Shown one piece after another: positions 1 through 13,200 of a stretch of 64,000 bases of DNA. A model generated the notes under the pieces. The model was not told the DNA's origin. It saw nothing but the letters and a program-made list of their open reading frames with translations, and searched no databases. The DNA comes from Squalus acanthias (Eukaryota): positions 78,866,001-78,930,000 of the forward strand of contig CM059432.1 of NCBI GenBank assembly GCA_030390025.1, given 5' to 3'. How positions within the stretch are numbered: the stretch's first letter is position 1; each line of letters begins with the position of its first letter. Made by a program: the position numbers and the translations under genes.

Positions 1-781
1 TTGCATCACACAGGTTACCGATGCCCTCTTTGTAAAGTTGCACAATTACATCCACTTCTCCTCGGATGAAGCAAGTGCGACCGCGCGTGCGGTTGGCTTT
101 GCAAATATGGCAGGCTTTCCAATGGTGCAGGGCGTCATAAACTGCACACATGTGGCTATTAGAGCTCCCTATCACAACCCAGCTGTATTTGTTAACCGCA
201 AGGGCTTCCACTCCCTTAACGTCCAGCTGGTGTGTAACCACAGGAAGAACATTATGCATGTTTGCGCAAAGTACCCTGGCAGTTGCCATGACTTCTTCAT
301 CCTGCGGCAGTCTACTGTGCCTCAGCTCTTCAATCCGCCAACCCGACTTTCCGGATGGCTACTTGGTGACAAGGGCTATCCCCTGAAAAAGTGGCTCATG
401 ACACTGATGAGGAGGCCATCAAACGAGGCTGAGGAGCGGTACAATGTGAGCCACATTTCCACCAGAAGCATCATAGAGCAAACCATCGACTTACTAAAAA
501 TGCAATTCCGATGCCTGGACAGATCTGGTGGAGCCCTGCAGTATGCACCAGCCAGGGTGTCCAGAATCATCGTGGTGTGCTGTGCCCTGCACAACATCGC
601 ACAGCAGTGCGGCTTAGTGCTGCCGGATGACCAAGTGGCTCAGTGCACAGCCTCCTCGAAAGAAGAGGAGGAGGACGAGGAGCCACGCCTTGCGGTTCCG
701 GATATGGCCAATGCAGCAGCACCCGACCACATTGCTGGCCGTCAGGCAAGGGATGCACTCATCCATGCCAGATTCGCGTAA
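1..781 (+). pseudogene. Harbinger (HARBI1-like) DDE transposase, C-terminal part; probably inactive
   Basis: Motifs GVINCTH (first catalytic D reads N), [23 protein letters not shown] and CCALHNI, plus an acidic tail and ...ARFA end shared with the other copies. Confidence 0.88.
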
Positions 782-2487
782 GCTTACGCTTCAAACACAG
801 GTGGCTGGCAGATGGAGATGAAGATAAGGTTGAGATTCTTAACACACCATACATCATCTGTCCAATAAACGGTGCTTTCCGATCACTGTCACCACCATCA
901 TTATAAATGGAATTACCCCTGAGCCCTCACTGTGCAACCTCCATTTCCCAGAACACATAGACCAGAACCTCAACTCTTTGCCATCACTTTTGTTAATGAC
1001 ATCACAAAAGGAGGACACTCGATAATTTACAGCACAATCTAACACCCATGTGATTACCCTTGTGACTATTTGTGTGTTAACTTCCTCTTACGCGTGCTTC
1101 TACGTGGTGCTTCCCCTGTGGCTTCAGCAGATGTAGAGGCACCTTGCTCACTTTGATGTTGCGCCTGCTTAGATGCCTTTGGCGGGCGTCCTCTGGGTTT
1201 GGGAGCCTGGGAGGGCTCCTCCACAGTCTGCTGTTCCTGTGGCTGTGCAGGGGCTGAGACGGCCATCTCAGTTTGGTGTGGAATGTGGGGCTCTGACCGA
1301 GGGCTCCGCAGTGGCATGGTCGTGTGAGCGCTTGGAGAGGAGCCCACACTTCCTTGTTGCCTGCCACCAACATCCCTCTCATGGGTCAGCCGCACTTCAG
1401 TGCTAGCAAGTGGCTGGAGAGCACCTTGTTGCACATCAGTGGGGCCATGAGGACCCGTATCTGTACTGACAGTCCTCATAACAAGGACGGCCATGAAGCT
1501 CTGGTGTCTCTCCTGAATAGATGCCCATCTCTCCTCCATTGCAGACAATCTATTTTGAAGAGTCACCATGTTTTCGTGAGTCTGGCGACTTATGTCCTCC
1601 ATGGCGGTTGCCACCCTCTCCATGGCGGAACGTTCATGTCCCATTGCCTCCACAAAGGCAGTGCTCATGTTTGAGATGGACTCCTCCATTCTCTGCACAC
1701 TCGCAGTTACCCTGGATGCAAACCCTGTCAAAGACTCCTGCACTTGTTCCTGGAGTTCCAGCACTGCTCTCTTTCTGGATGGCCCCAGAGGCACAGCGTC
1801 TACATGCAGCTGAGCAGAGCTAGGAGAGTCCTGCCACCTCCGACGAGGATTCTCCACTGCTGTCGCTGTCTCCGCCATCTGCTGATGCTCACTTGTGAGC
1901 TGTGATACACCAGGTGACAACACTACTCTATGTGCCGAAGGACCCACCAAGGTGTGCGTTTCTGCGCTGGTGCTGGGTGCGCTGAGTCCTGGTGACGCAG
2001 CTCCTCAGAGGCTCCAGGTTCCTCTGAGGAGTCGTCTGGCTCTTCCTCCTGGACAGTGGGGAGGGCGGCTCTCAATGGTCCTGTGGGAGAGTAAAGGCAT
2101 GAGTTAAAAATCAGATTTTCAGGTAGCAGACACATCCTTTTCTGCAGATGATCAGAAGTCTATCTCTATGAGCATCATATGCCATTGCAGTCAATCATGA
2201 ATTGTAAATGCGAGGGATGAAAATGCATTCTGTCACCAGCTTCTTCAACTGCGCCCGTCTCTCCTTCCCCCACTTCCAGCTCCTCACCACCTCCCACGAT
2301 GTCGTGAGCAGCCTCCTCAGCGTTGGTTAATGTGGCCAGGGATGGTGTGCCTCCTCCTGTCTTTGCTCTCTCCCTCTTATTGTGGGCTAGCTTTTCCTGC
2401 AAGGAGGGACACAAGTGGAGTTTCAGCGAGAGTGATGGAGTGAGTGTGAACAATCCAAAACATAGAAACTTAGAGGGAGACCAAGAT

Positions 2488-3647
2488 AGAGTCATAGGGC
2501 TCGATTTTGTCAATGGAGATGTGATGGAGGCGGGACTCCCACTTTTTGGGTTGTAGTCCCACCTCCATCAATTTGTGGCCAACCCACGCTACTTTCCCTT
2601 GATTGACCTTGTTAAGCCCACCCAGCGGGCTCAGCAGGCCAATTAAGGGACAACTGGATACTGGTGACTTCAGCGATTGACATTTCATCTGTCAAGAGCT
2701 TTTGACAGATGAAATATCAGCGTTTGACAGCTCTATGAAGCTGTCAAACACTGACAATCTGTCTTCTAACTTGAGTCTTTCTACTCAGACTCAGTTAGAG
2801 AGCTCTCCAGACCAGAAAGCAGAGGCTGCAGCTTTTGACAGCTCAGCGGCCATTCTGCTTTCTGTGCCGGTGAGCTGAGGGACTCCTGAGAACTGAAGGG
2901 AGGAAGCCTGGAGGAGAAAGTAAAGATAAGTAAAACTTATTAAAACACTTTACACACACCAAACACACTTACCTCTGCACTCATGCACCCATCACTCACC
3001 GACGGTCCGCCTCGCTAACTTGGCGTGGTTTGGAGCCGTCGGGCAGCCCACACTTCAGGGCTAAAAATAGGGATTAGCCAAAAAACTGCCTGTTAACAGG
3101 CAGTTAATTGGCACTAATCCCCTTCCCGCCTCGGGGAGGCGGCTCCCAGCACAGGTCGGGTACCCGCCTCCTGGGACATTGGCATGGAGGCGGGATGGGT
3201 ACGTGCCCCCCCAAATCTGCAATTTTCCCACCACTCCCGCCTCCAAACCCGCCTCCACGGGGCTTGGAAAATCGAGCCCATAGAGTTTTACAGCACAGAA
3301 AGAGGCCCTTCGGCCCATCGTGTCCGTGCTGGCCATCAAGCCCTGTCTATTCTAATCCCATTTTCCAGCACTTGGTCCGTAGCCTTGTATGCTATGGCGT
3401 TTCAAGTGCTCATCTAAATGCTTCTTGAATGTTGTGAGGGTTCCTGCCTCTACCACCCTTTCAGGCAGTGAGTTCCAGATTCCAACCACCCTCTGGGTGA
3501 AAAAGTTTTTCCTCAAATCCCCTCTAAACCTCCTGCCCCTTACCTTGAAACTATGCCCCCTGGTTATTGACCCCTCTACTAAGGGGAAAAGTTCCTTTCT
3601 ATCTACCCTATCTACGCCCCTCATAATTTTGTACACCTCAATCAGGT
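2488..3647 (-). mobile_element. 5'-truncated CR1 LINE 3' end inserted in intron 1 of the Myb gene
   Basis: ORF 3352-3636 (YKIMRGVDRVDR...TRGHSFK...FFTQRVVGIWNSLP) is a CR1 ORF2 C-terminus. TSD CAAGAT at 2482-2487 and 3648-3653. Confidence 0.88.
2497..3279. mobile_element. Non-autonomous Harbinger element (MITE) inserted in the CR1 tail
   Basis: Perfect 12-bp TIR GGGCTCGATTTT / AAAATCGAGCCC with a 3-bp TSD ATA on both sides. Confidence 0.9.
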
Positions 3648-4414
3648 CAAGATGGAGTGAGGTGGCAAGAGGAAGCTGCCTCCCTGTGCGTTGTTAGTTG
3701 TTGTCATTGCATAACAGTGAGAGCAAGTGTGAGGGCTGCATAGTAGAATAGTGAAGTGATTCAGTACAGAGAGAGATAGAGAGGTAAGGGTGCAAGGGAA
3801 GTAAGGGTAAGGTGGGATGTGGAGGAGCAGGCTGACAATGCAGAGTGCTGGTGATGAGAAGAGAAGGGAAGCAGATTGAAGGTAAGTCTGATGTGATACT
3901 CACTTTTGATGTTCGCAGAAGATCATTAAAGCATTTTCGGCACTGCACCCAGGTGCTTGTACATAGCGACTCTGCGCTGACCTCCTCAGCAATCTCCAGC
4001 CAGGCTGCCTTTGTCTGCTGAAGAGGCTTCCTCCAGCCATCGGGAGGGAACAGAATCTGCCTACATCCTCTTACTCCCTGCACAAGAGTTTGCAGGGACT
4101 CCTCAGTGAATCGGGGAGCAGCCTTGGATTTCGCAGCACTCATGGTCACCTTGGCCCATTCAAGCTGCAGCAGTAACGAGAAATGAGAGGCTGAGGCTAC
4201 ATGAAGCCCTTAAAAACAAGTGCAGCAATGACCTCATCAGTGCAGACCAACAGACCCGCTCCCAGGCAATGCAGCAGGCAGCGTGCATGACGGGACTAAT
4301 TGAAACAATTAACGCAAAATGGGACACCGGGAGCGGACGAAACCAGCAGCGGGTCCGAAACCCGCCCACCAGGCAACCCGACTCCATCCCGCCTCCTCCA
4401 TTAAAATCGAGGCC

Positions 4415-4830
4415 TTGGAATCCATAATTCAGGATAACATCAGTAGGCACTTAGAAATGCATGGGATAATCAAGGATAGCCAGCATGGATTGTTAAAGGC
4501 AAGTTCTGTTTAATAAGTTTAAGTGTTATTTGAAGAAGTCTCTTAGGAGGCTTGTTACAAAAATTCCAACTTATAAGATAAAATGTAGCAGCATGGAGGG
4601 GAAATTGGTTGACAGACAGGAAACAAAGGGCCTTTGCCGATTTAGATAAAGGAAGGAAGTGGTGTACCCCAGGGGTCAGTACTGGGCCCACTTTTATTCT
4701 CAGCATATATCGGTGATTTGTACTTGGGCATAGGGAGCACATTTTGAAATTTGCTGATGACACAAAGTTGGAGGCTTGGCAGTGAATTGGACTGTATAAG
4801 ACTATAGGTTAGCTAAATGGGCAGACTGTT
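4415..4830 (+). mobile_element. Degenerate CR1 RT fragment
   Basis: LESIIQDNISRHLE...IKDSQHG, then GVPQGSVLGP-like and FADDTK-like (tttgctgatgacacaaag) sequence. Confidence 0.8.
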
Positions 4831-4949
4831 GTATCATCTATCCCAGCAAAATGTTGTGCCAAGTGAGTCACCTTGTGATTCAAGCAGGAGTAGGCTTGAG
4901 AAGGCAGAGTGAGGGGGTTAGAGTGACGCACACCAGGGTGTAGGGCAAT

Positions 4950-5485
4950 GTGCCATTGCTCTCACCTTTCCTGCCCTGCTTAGGTTATTGAAGCGCTTCC
5001 TGCATTGGACCCAGGAGCGTGACTCATGCTGCTGACCTCCTGGGCAACCTCCAACCATGCCTTCTTTGTGTCAGCAGCAGGCTTCGTCCTCCAGTCACTA
5101 GGGAACAGTACCTCTCTCCAACTCCTCACAGCCCCCAGCAGCACATCCAGGGAGGCGTCACTGAAGCGGGGCGTAGCCTTTGCCCGTCTTGACTCCATTG
5201 CGATAGTGCTTTGTCTCTCCATGGCAACTCCAATTGTTTCAACTTGCATGTTTGGAGTGTCCCTTTAAATACTGCAGTTCAGATCAAGTTATGCGGGTTG
5301 TCAACACGCCTGCTGCTGCTCATTGGACACGAAACCCGGAAGTAAAATGATAATGAGGTGGCTGAGTTAAAAAGCCACTGACAAACACACTGCACTTACT
5401 TCCGGGTTTCCCACGTGCAATCAGGTCCCGTTCCCCCCCCCCCCCCCCCCAACGCCCAGCGCGTCTGCAAATTATAATCCAGCCC
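4950..5485 (-). mobile_element. Truncated Harbinger end carrying Myb exon 1
   Basis: MESRRAKATPRFSDASLDVLL...KKAWLEVAQEV, followed by a terminus resembling the TIR (taatccagccc ending at 5485). Confidence 0.8.
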
Positions 5486-6864
5486 ATGGAGTCCACTGGC
5501 CTTGAGATCACTGATCTAAAAGGTGGGCACCCCAACCCAAAAGGATGGAACTTAATAAGAGGGGGTTTCAGAGGAACACCTTGGAGCACATGGTGATCCT
5601 AAGACCACCATTATAGGATGGAAACCCTGTTGATCCTGACCACTTACAATAGAGGTGATTGGTGAGAGACCATTGCTTGAGTAGGTTCAAATGGAGTGAT
5701 CTCACAAAAAGTTTCATATTGGGGAGCACAAAGATTGTTGCTGCCATCGACCCAAGGATATGAAGGTACATACCTGTTGGAATCAAGGAATTCTATTGGA
5801 GAACCAAACCAAACAGACAGAGAGACTCTTTCCAGGGCAATCCAAAAGAAGGGTGCCTCTCCTGCAAAGACTCCAGGTGAGATTTCTCAGAGCTAAAAAT
5901 TCCAATTTCCTGGAATGTTGTATGTACTCGTTGGACTACTGCCCAAATGGACTGTCAATATACAATTCTTGTGAGCCAATTGTCTAGCTATGCAGCCCGC
6001 ATCTCCTGAGATGTGCCGGTACAATAAACAGACATTTCATAAGCACCCTGGGAGCAAAGGAAAGGGTGAAGAGGAGTCATATTGATAACTAACCCTAGCA
6101 ATGAAATCTGAGATACCTGCAGTGACACGGCTCTATGCCGATGTGGAAATAGCCATCTTTCAGATCTCTGGCGGCTAGTCAGTCTCCTGGACACTTGCTT
6201 GAATTACTTGAGTCAAAATCCCCATCTTGAGGTTCGCCTTTTGGAGGACAGGAAGATGTCACTTGTTCCTGACATCACAAACCCCTTAAAGGAGAGTTTG
6301 CCCCTCGTGTGATTTTTTTTCTCTCAGGAACATTACCCATTGACACCTTATTCCAGTGGTTTGTGGAGGATGTGTGCTGAAAAAGAATTGCCTTTGCCTG
6401 TTTGAAAACAATAAACAGTTTTTCTGCTGATCTGTTTTAGGAGAGGGTAACAAAACTGGCACCGAGGCCTCAGACAGAAGAAGACCTGGCAGCTTTGTTC
6501 GAGTCCTCTATGAAGCTGTATTGATCTTGTTTCGTAGAATAAAGAACTCAGAACTATATTAAGTATAAGGGCACCTCATCGAATACAAAAGAATATAAGC
6601 AATCTACTACTTGGTATACCAACTTGTCAAAGTAGGTTTTAAATATATTACTGTAAATGTTTTTGAGTTAAAAATGGTAACCAGTAATTACATAAAAATT
6701 GTGGAGTGCTATTTTCTGACTGTCACTAATTGTTATGCCAATTTACTACCATGTAGTGGTGACCCAGTACCATACCTAGGTCAATAGAAAGGAAAATTGG
6801 GAAGGGTATATAACTGCAGCTGCGACTGCCAGAATTCCTCACCTGCCGGAGTTGAAAATTACAA

Positions 6865-7385
6865 ACCATATTGTGTCCAATTCTGGGCATCACACTTTAG
6901 GAAGGATGTCAAGACCTTGGAGAGGGTGCAGAGGAGATTTACCAGAATGATACCAGGAATGAGAGACTTCAGTTATGCGGAGAGATTAGAGAAACTGGGG
7001 TTGTTCTCCTTAGAGCAGAGAAGGTTAAGGGGAGATTTAATAGAGGTGTTCAAAATTATGAAGGGTTTTAATAGATTAAATAATGAGAAACTGTTTCCAC
7101 TGGCAGGAGGGTCGGTAACCAGAGGATACAGATTTAAGATAGTTGGCAAAAGAACCAGAGAGGAGATGAGGAGAAATGTTTTACTCAGCGAGTTATGATG
7201 ATCTGGAATGCACTGCCTGAAAGGGTGGTGGAAGCAGATTCAGTAGTAATGTTCAAAAGGGAAATGGATATATACTTGAAAAGGAAAAAATTGGAGGGGA
7301 AAGAGCAGGGGAGTGGGACGAATTGGTAACTTTACCAAAGAGCTGCACAGGCTTGATGGGCCGACTGGCTTGCTTCTGTGCTGTA
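6865..7385 (+). mobile_element. CR1 LINE 3' fragment
   Basis: YCVQFW..HFRKDVKTLERVQRRFTRMIPG...LEQRRLRGDLIEVFKI, followed by a CR1-type 3' UTR. Confidence 0.88.
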
Positions 7386-7782
7386 AAAATTTTTGTCAGA
7401 GGTTAAAAACTTAGAACAACAAGGTTATTTTTAAGTATGCTGTGATACATAAGATATAATTGTTACCGCTTTCAATGAATCATAAGGAGTTACTTTCCAT
7501 TTGAGTAGTAGGACAAATGAAATTGTAAGTAATAATTGGGATATGAATTGTACTATGGTCTCAATAACCTTCACTTTGCTTCTCAAGCACAAAATATTGT
7601 ACCCTGTGAATCATGTGACCACTATCTTGTAGTGATCATAGTTGCTGCTCACTCTACAATCAATGTCAGTTCAACGCTACTTTAAACAGTCATCACATAG
7701 TTTTATTTTTAAGACTGCAGTCATTTCTGACAGTTAGTGAGTAGAATCTATGTGGTAAATTTTTGTCTTCACTGTCAGCTCG

Positions 7783-7898
7783 GTAATCTGGCAGAACAGA
7801 TCACCCGCCCGTTGTAGAACCTGCCATTCTATTAAAACTATTGGAATGAAAATCGGGCGGGTTCTACAATGGGCGGGTGACCCGCTCCGCCAGATTAC
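7783..7898. repeat. Imperfect palindrome (MITE-like hairpin)
   Basis: gtaatctggc..tcacccgcccgttgtagaacctgcc pairs with ggcgggttctacaatgggcgggtga..gccagattac. Confidence 0.7.
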
Positions 7899-8534
7899 CA
7901 CCCAGGCAGTGAAGAGGAACGCATACCCTTGTGATTTGAAGGAATACTCAGGAGAAACAATACAAAATGAATAGTGTAACACGTCAGCTAGAGGCACAGT
8001 TTGTGTTGATGTGACGCAGTTTCAGCTTTGCATTAATGCAGACTGTGTAATATAACTTAGGAGTGGATTCAGCCAGACCAAATTCTAGTATGTGGTATGA
8101 GACCAACTCAAGGAAGTCATCTCACACCTCTTCACTTCACACTAGCTGGAGTTACTATACAAATGATAAAAAGCAAACTTTTAAACATTCCCAGGCTATT
8201 GACTGGACTACCTGGAACTTTTAAAAATTAACCTTTAAACTGTTTAATGTTCACAAAGAGCTGACTGATCAGTCAGTTTTCAGCCTAACAAGAGAACAAT
8301 GCAGAGCTGGCAGTATAACTCAAGTCTGTCAGCTCCCCATCACTAAGTAGATACTAGTCTCAAACTGCCAGATAGCAGAGAAGCAATGTTCTTTTAAATT
8401 CTCGATTCAGCTCACATGTATAAACCTAATTTTTGTTTCTAATGATAACTCATGCCTGAGGTTAAAGTAACAAATTTATTGCTCACACCTATCTAGAACT
8501 CTATACTAGATCCTCCAAGCCTATTTAGATAAAC

Positions 8535-8890
8535 TTTTTTTTAAGTCATTTGCAAATATGTGCGTTGCTGGCAAGGCCAGCAATGATTGTCCATTCTTAG
8601 TTTCCCTCAGTTTGATACAACTGAGTAGCTTGCTTGCCACTTCAAAAGTCAACCACGTTAGTGTGGGACTGGAGTCACATATAGGCCAGACTGGGAGAGG
8701 ACAGAAGGTTTCTTCCCCTAAAGGACATTAGTGAACCGTTTGGGTTTTTAACCACATTTTTTTTTACTGATACCAGCTTTTTATTTGGGGATTTTTTTAA
8801 CTGAATTCAAAATCTCAAATTGCCATGGTGGAATTTGAACTCATGTTCTCTGGATTACTAGTCTAGTAACGACCACTACACTGCCATACT
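8535..8890 (-). mobile_element. Probable tRNA-derived SINE with LINE-like 3' tail
   Basis: The tail gcaaggccagca matches the 3' end of the LINE at 11231. The minus strand has a tRNA-like head (gtagtggtcgttactagac...gagttcaaattcc). Confidence 0.55.
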
Positions 8891-9459
8891 CACTATGTAA
8901 ACGTTCTATCAGCATCCACCACATTCCAGACATCACACCAAAAATCATAACTGAACAATGTTTGAAAGAAGTACACAAAAGGAGTGACAAACAGTTATTT
9001 CCTGCTCTTTTTCTGGCTGTAAGGTGACCTGGACAGGTTGTTAAGGTAACCAGGAGAGTAGCTAAACAACGTAACCTCACTTCTCCACAGGGAGCAGCTG
9101 AGCAATGGCTTTCAAGGGACAGGCCAGGTTGGCAGCTAAACATTACAACTGTGCTCCAGATCCACAGCCGATTGGTTAGTAATAATGTGCCACAGGAGAT
9201 TGCATATTATTATATGAAAAGCCTTGCATATAGTACACATCACACCTTAAATGCACCCATAATTCACAAAAAAACTCACATTTGAGCCAATCAGAAATAT
9301 TTCACGACCCAAATATTTTACTGTCTCTCATCACATCTCTCACAACTTCTACCATAAACTCACAATGATCCACACCATAGGAGATCCACTATTTCTTAAA
9401 CAGAATATATTCCTTCACTGTGTTTTTCACACAATATTTCAGTAAATAAAACTTGAGAT

Positions 9460-10135
9460 TACATAGAATTTACAGCACAGAAACAGGCCATGCTGGTGTT
9501 TATGCTCCACACAAGTCTCCTCCCACTCTATTTACTTGATCTCACCCTATCAACACATCCTTCTATTCCTTTCTCTCATATATACTGATCTAGCTTTCCC
9601 TTAAATGGATCTATGCTATTTGCCTCAACCACTCCATGTGGTAGCGAGTTCCACATTCTCACCACTCCCCGAGTAAAGAAGTTTCTCCTGAATTCCTTAT
9701 TGGATTCAGTCGTGGCTATTTTATATTTATGGCCCCTAGTTTTGGACTTCCCCACAAGTGGAAACATCTTCTCTATGTCTACCCTATCAAAACCCTTCAT
9801 CATTTTAAAGACCTCTATTAGGTCACTGCTCAGTCTTCTCTTTTCTGGAGAAAAGAGCCCCAGCCTGTTCAGTCTTTCCTGATAGTTGTACTCTCTCAGT
9901 TCTGGTATCATTCTTGTAAATCTTTTTTGTTCTTTCTCCAGTGCTTCTATATCCTTTTTGTAACATGGAGACCAGCATGCACAGTACTCTTAAGTGTGGT
10001 CTAACCAAAGTTTTATGTAAGTTTAACATAACCTTTCAACTTTTGAATTCTATTCCTCTAGAAATGAAAACCAATGCTTTGTCTGCACTTTTTATGGCTT
10101 TGTTAACCTGCGTTGCTACTTTTAATGATTGTGTA
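9460..10135 (-). mobile_element. CR1 LINE 3' fragment
   Basis: ORFs 9576-9911 and 9823-10029 (LHKTLVRPHL, RLNRLGLFS, TRGHKYKI, WNSLP). Confidence 0.88.
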
Positions 10136-10299
10136 TCTGAGATCTGAAGGTAAGCAGCAGAGTGCAATGAATAATACTGTTGAAACTATAAAACCCAAGT
10201 CCAAACAAGTCTTGAGTATTTCTCCCATGCTTGGGAAGTTTTATAACATTCTCCCACACTCTTGCACAGTATGTAAGAAAAATATTGGTGCCTAATAAA

Positions 10300-13200
10300 C
10301 AATTACATAGAATTTTGCATAGAATATACAGCACAGAAACAGTCTGTGCTGGTGTTTATACTCCACACGAGTCTCCTCCCATTCCATCTGCCTTATCTCA
10401 ACCTTTCAGCATATTTTTCTATTCCTTTTCTCTCATGTACTCGTCTAGTTTCCTTTTGAAAGCATCTGAGCTATTTGCCTCAACCACTTCCTGTGGTAGC
10501 GTGTTCCACATTCTAACCACTCTCTGAATAAAGAAATTTCTCCTTATTTCCCTACTGGATTTATTAGTAACTATCTATCTTGTTTTTATAGCCCCTAGTT
10601 TTGGATACTCCCATAAGTGGAAACATTCTCTCCACATCAATCCTGTCCAACCCATTCATAATTTTAAACACCTCCATCAGATCTCCTCTAACTCTTCTCT
10701 TTTCTAAAGTAAAAAAACCCAACCTGTTCAACCTTTCTCAATAGCTGTAATCTCTCCGTACTGGCACCATCCCTGACAATCTTTTTTGCACTTTCTCCAG
10801 TGCTTCTATGTCCTTTTTATAGTATGGAGACCAGTCTGTGCACAGTACTCTTAAGTGCAGCCTGACCAGGGTCTATACAAGTTTAACATAACTTCACGAC
10901 TTTTGAATTCTATACCCCTAGAAATAAATCCCAGTGCTTTGTTAGCATTTTTAATTGCTTTGCTGACCTGCGATGCTGCTTTTAATGATTTGTTCACCTG
11001 TATCCCTAGATCCCTTTACTCTTCTACCCCATTCAGTTTCTTATTTTCTAAGGTGTAGGTAATGTTTCTATTTTTCCTACCAAAGTGCAGCACCTCACAT
11101 TTATCTATATTAAAGTTCATTTGCCACTTAACTGCCCAGTCTGCAAGTTTTCTAATATCATCTTGTATTATGTTGCATTCTTCCTCAGTGTTAGCTATAA
11201 ACCCCCTTCCCCCCACCACCACCCCAGTTTTTTTTATTCATTCATGGGATGGGCGTCACTGGCAAGGCCAGCATTTATTGCCCATCCCTAGTTGCCCTTG
11301 AGAAGGTGGTGGTGAGCCACCTTCTTGAAGCGCTGCAGTCCATGTGGTGAAGGTACTCCCACAGTGCTGTTAAGGAGGGAGTTCGAAGATTTTCACCCAG
11401 CGACGATGAAGGAACGGCGATATATGTCCAAGTCAGGATGGTGTGTGACTTGGAGGGGAACTTGGAGGTGGTGGTGTTCCCAGGCGCTTGCTGCCCTTGT
11501 CCTTCTAGGTGGTAGAGGTCGCGGGTTTGGGAGGTGTTGTCAAAGAAGCCTTGACGAGTTGCTGCAGTGCATCTTGTAGATGGTACACACTGCAGCCACG
11601 GTACACCGGTGGTGCAGAGTGTGAATGTTTAAGGTGGTGGATGGGGTGCCAGTCAAGCGGGCTGCTTTGTCTTGGAAGGTGTCGAGCTTCTTGAGTGTTG
11701 TTGGAGCTGAACTCATCCAGGCAAGTGGAGAGTATTCCATGACACTCCTGACTTGTGCCTTGTAGATGGTGGAAAGGCTTTGGGGAGTCAGGAGGTGAGA
11801 CACTCACCGCAGAATACCTAGCCTCTGACCTGCTCTTGTTGCCACAGTATTTATGTGGCTAGTCCAGTTAAGTTTCTCAGGATATCCCCCAGGATATTGA
11901 TGGTGGGGGATTCGGCGATGGTAATGCCGTTGAATGTCAAGGGGCGGTGGTTAGACTCTCGCTTGTTGGAGCTAGTCATTGCCTGGCACTTGTGTGGTGT
12001 GAATGTTACCTGCCACTTATCAGCCCAAGCCTGAATGTCATCCAGGTCTTGCTGCATGCGGGCATGGACTGCTTCATTATCTGAGGAGTTGCGAATGGCA
12101 CTGAACACTGCAGTCATCAGCAAACATCCCCATTTCTGACCTTATGATGGAGGGAAGGTCATTGATGAAGCAGCTGAAGATGATTGGGCCTAGGTCACTG
12201 CCCTGAGGAACTCCTGGGGCTGTGACGATTGACCTTCAACCATCACAACCATCTTCCTTTGTGCTAGGTATGACACCAGCCAGTGGAGAGTTTTCCCCCC
12301 GATTCCCATTGACTTCAGTTTTACTAGGGCTCCTTGATGCCACACTCGGTCAAATGCTGCCTTGATGTCAAGGGCAGTCACTCTCACCTCACCGCTGGAA
12401 TTCAGCTCTTTTGTCCATGTTTGGACCATGGCTGTAATGAGGTCTGGAGCTGAGTGGTCCTGGCAGAACCCAAACTGGGCATCAGTGAGCAGGTTATTGG
12501 TGAGTAAGTGCTGCTTGATAGCACTGTTGACGACACCTTCCATCACTTTGCTGATGATTGAGAGTAGACTGATGGGGCGGATTGGATTTGTCCTGCTTTT
12601 TGTGGACAGAACATACCTGGGCAGTTTTCCACATTGTCGGATAGATGCCAGTGTTATAGCTGTACTGGAACAGCTTGGCTAGAGGCGCGGCTAATTCTGG
12701 AGCACAAGTCTTCAGCACGACAGCCGGGATGTTGTCGGGGCCCATAGCCTTTGCTGTATCCAGTGTGCTCAGCCGTATCTTGATATCACGTGGAGTGAAT
12801 CGAATTGGCTGAAGACTGGCTTATGTGGTGGTGGGGATCTCAGGAGGAGGCCGATATGGATCATCCACTCGGCACTTCTGGCTGAAGATGGTTGCAAACG
12901 CTTCAGCTTTGTCTTTTGCACTCACGTGCTGGGCTACACCATCGTTGAGGATGGGGATATTCATGGACCCTCCTCCCGTTAGTTGTTTAATGGTCCACCA
13001 CCATTCACGACTGGATGTGGCAGGACTGCAGAGTTTTGATCTGATCCATTGATTGTGGGATCGCTTAGCTCTGTCTGTAGCATGCTGCTTCCGCTTTTTA
13101 GCATGCATGTAATCCTGTGTTGCAGCTTCCCCAGGTTGGCACCGCATTTTTAGGTACGCCTGGTGCTGCTCCTGGCATACGCTCCTTATTGAACCAGGGT

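Larger units (their letters stand above)
1066..4143 (-). pseudogene. Harbinger Myb/SANT-like DNA-binding protein gene, 3 exons (3904-4143, 2237-2396, 1066-2080); frameshift near 2000
   Basis: Exon 1 has PRFTEESL...AWLEIAEEV...QCRKCFNDL followed by a GTGAGT donor. Exon 2 has EKLAHNKRERAKTGGG with ttgcag/gtgaca splice sites. Exon 3 ends KPRGRPPK...PRRSTRKRK. Confidence 0.85.
1..4414 (+). mobile_element. PIF/Harbinger DNA transposon copy 1 (left end outside window)
   Basis: Transposase ORF on + converges with a Myb/SANT gene on -. The right terminus AAAATCGAGGCC ends at 4414 (revcomp GGCCTCGATTTT), matching the TIR core of the other copies. Confidence 0.88.

Noticed and set aside
5850..5920. 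Gypsy RNase H-like peptide HSRKLEFLAL on the minus strand
   Set aside because: Short isolated resemblance with no flanking RT or integrase motifs.
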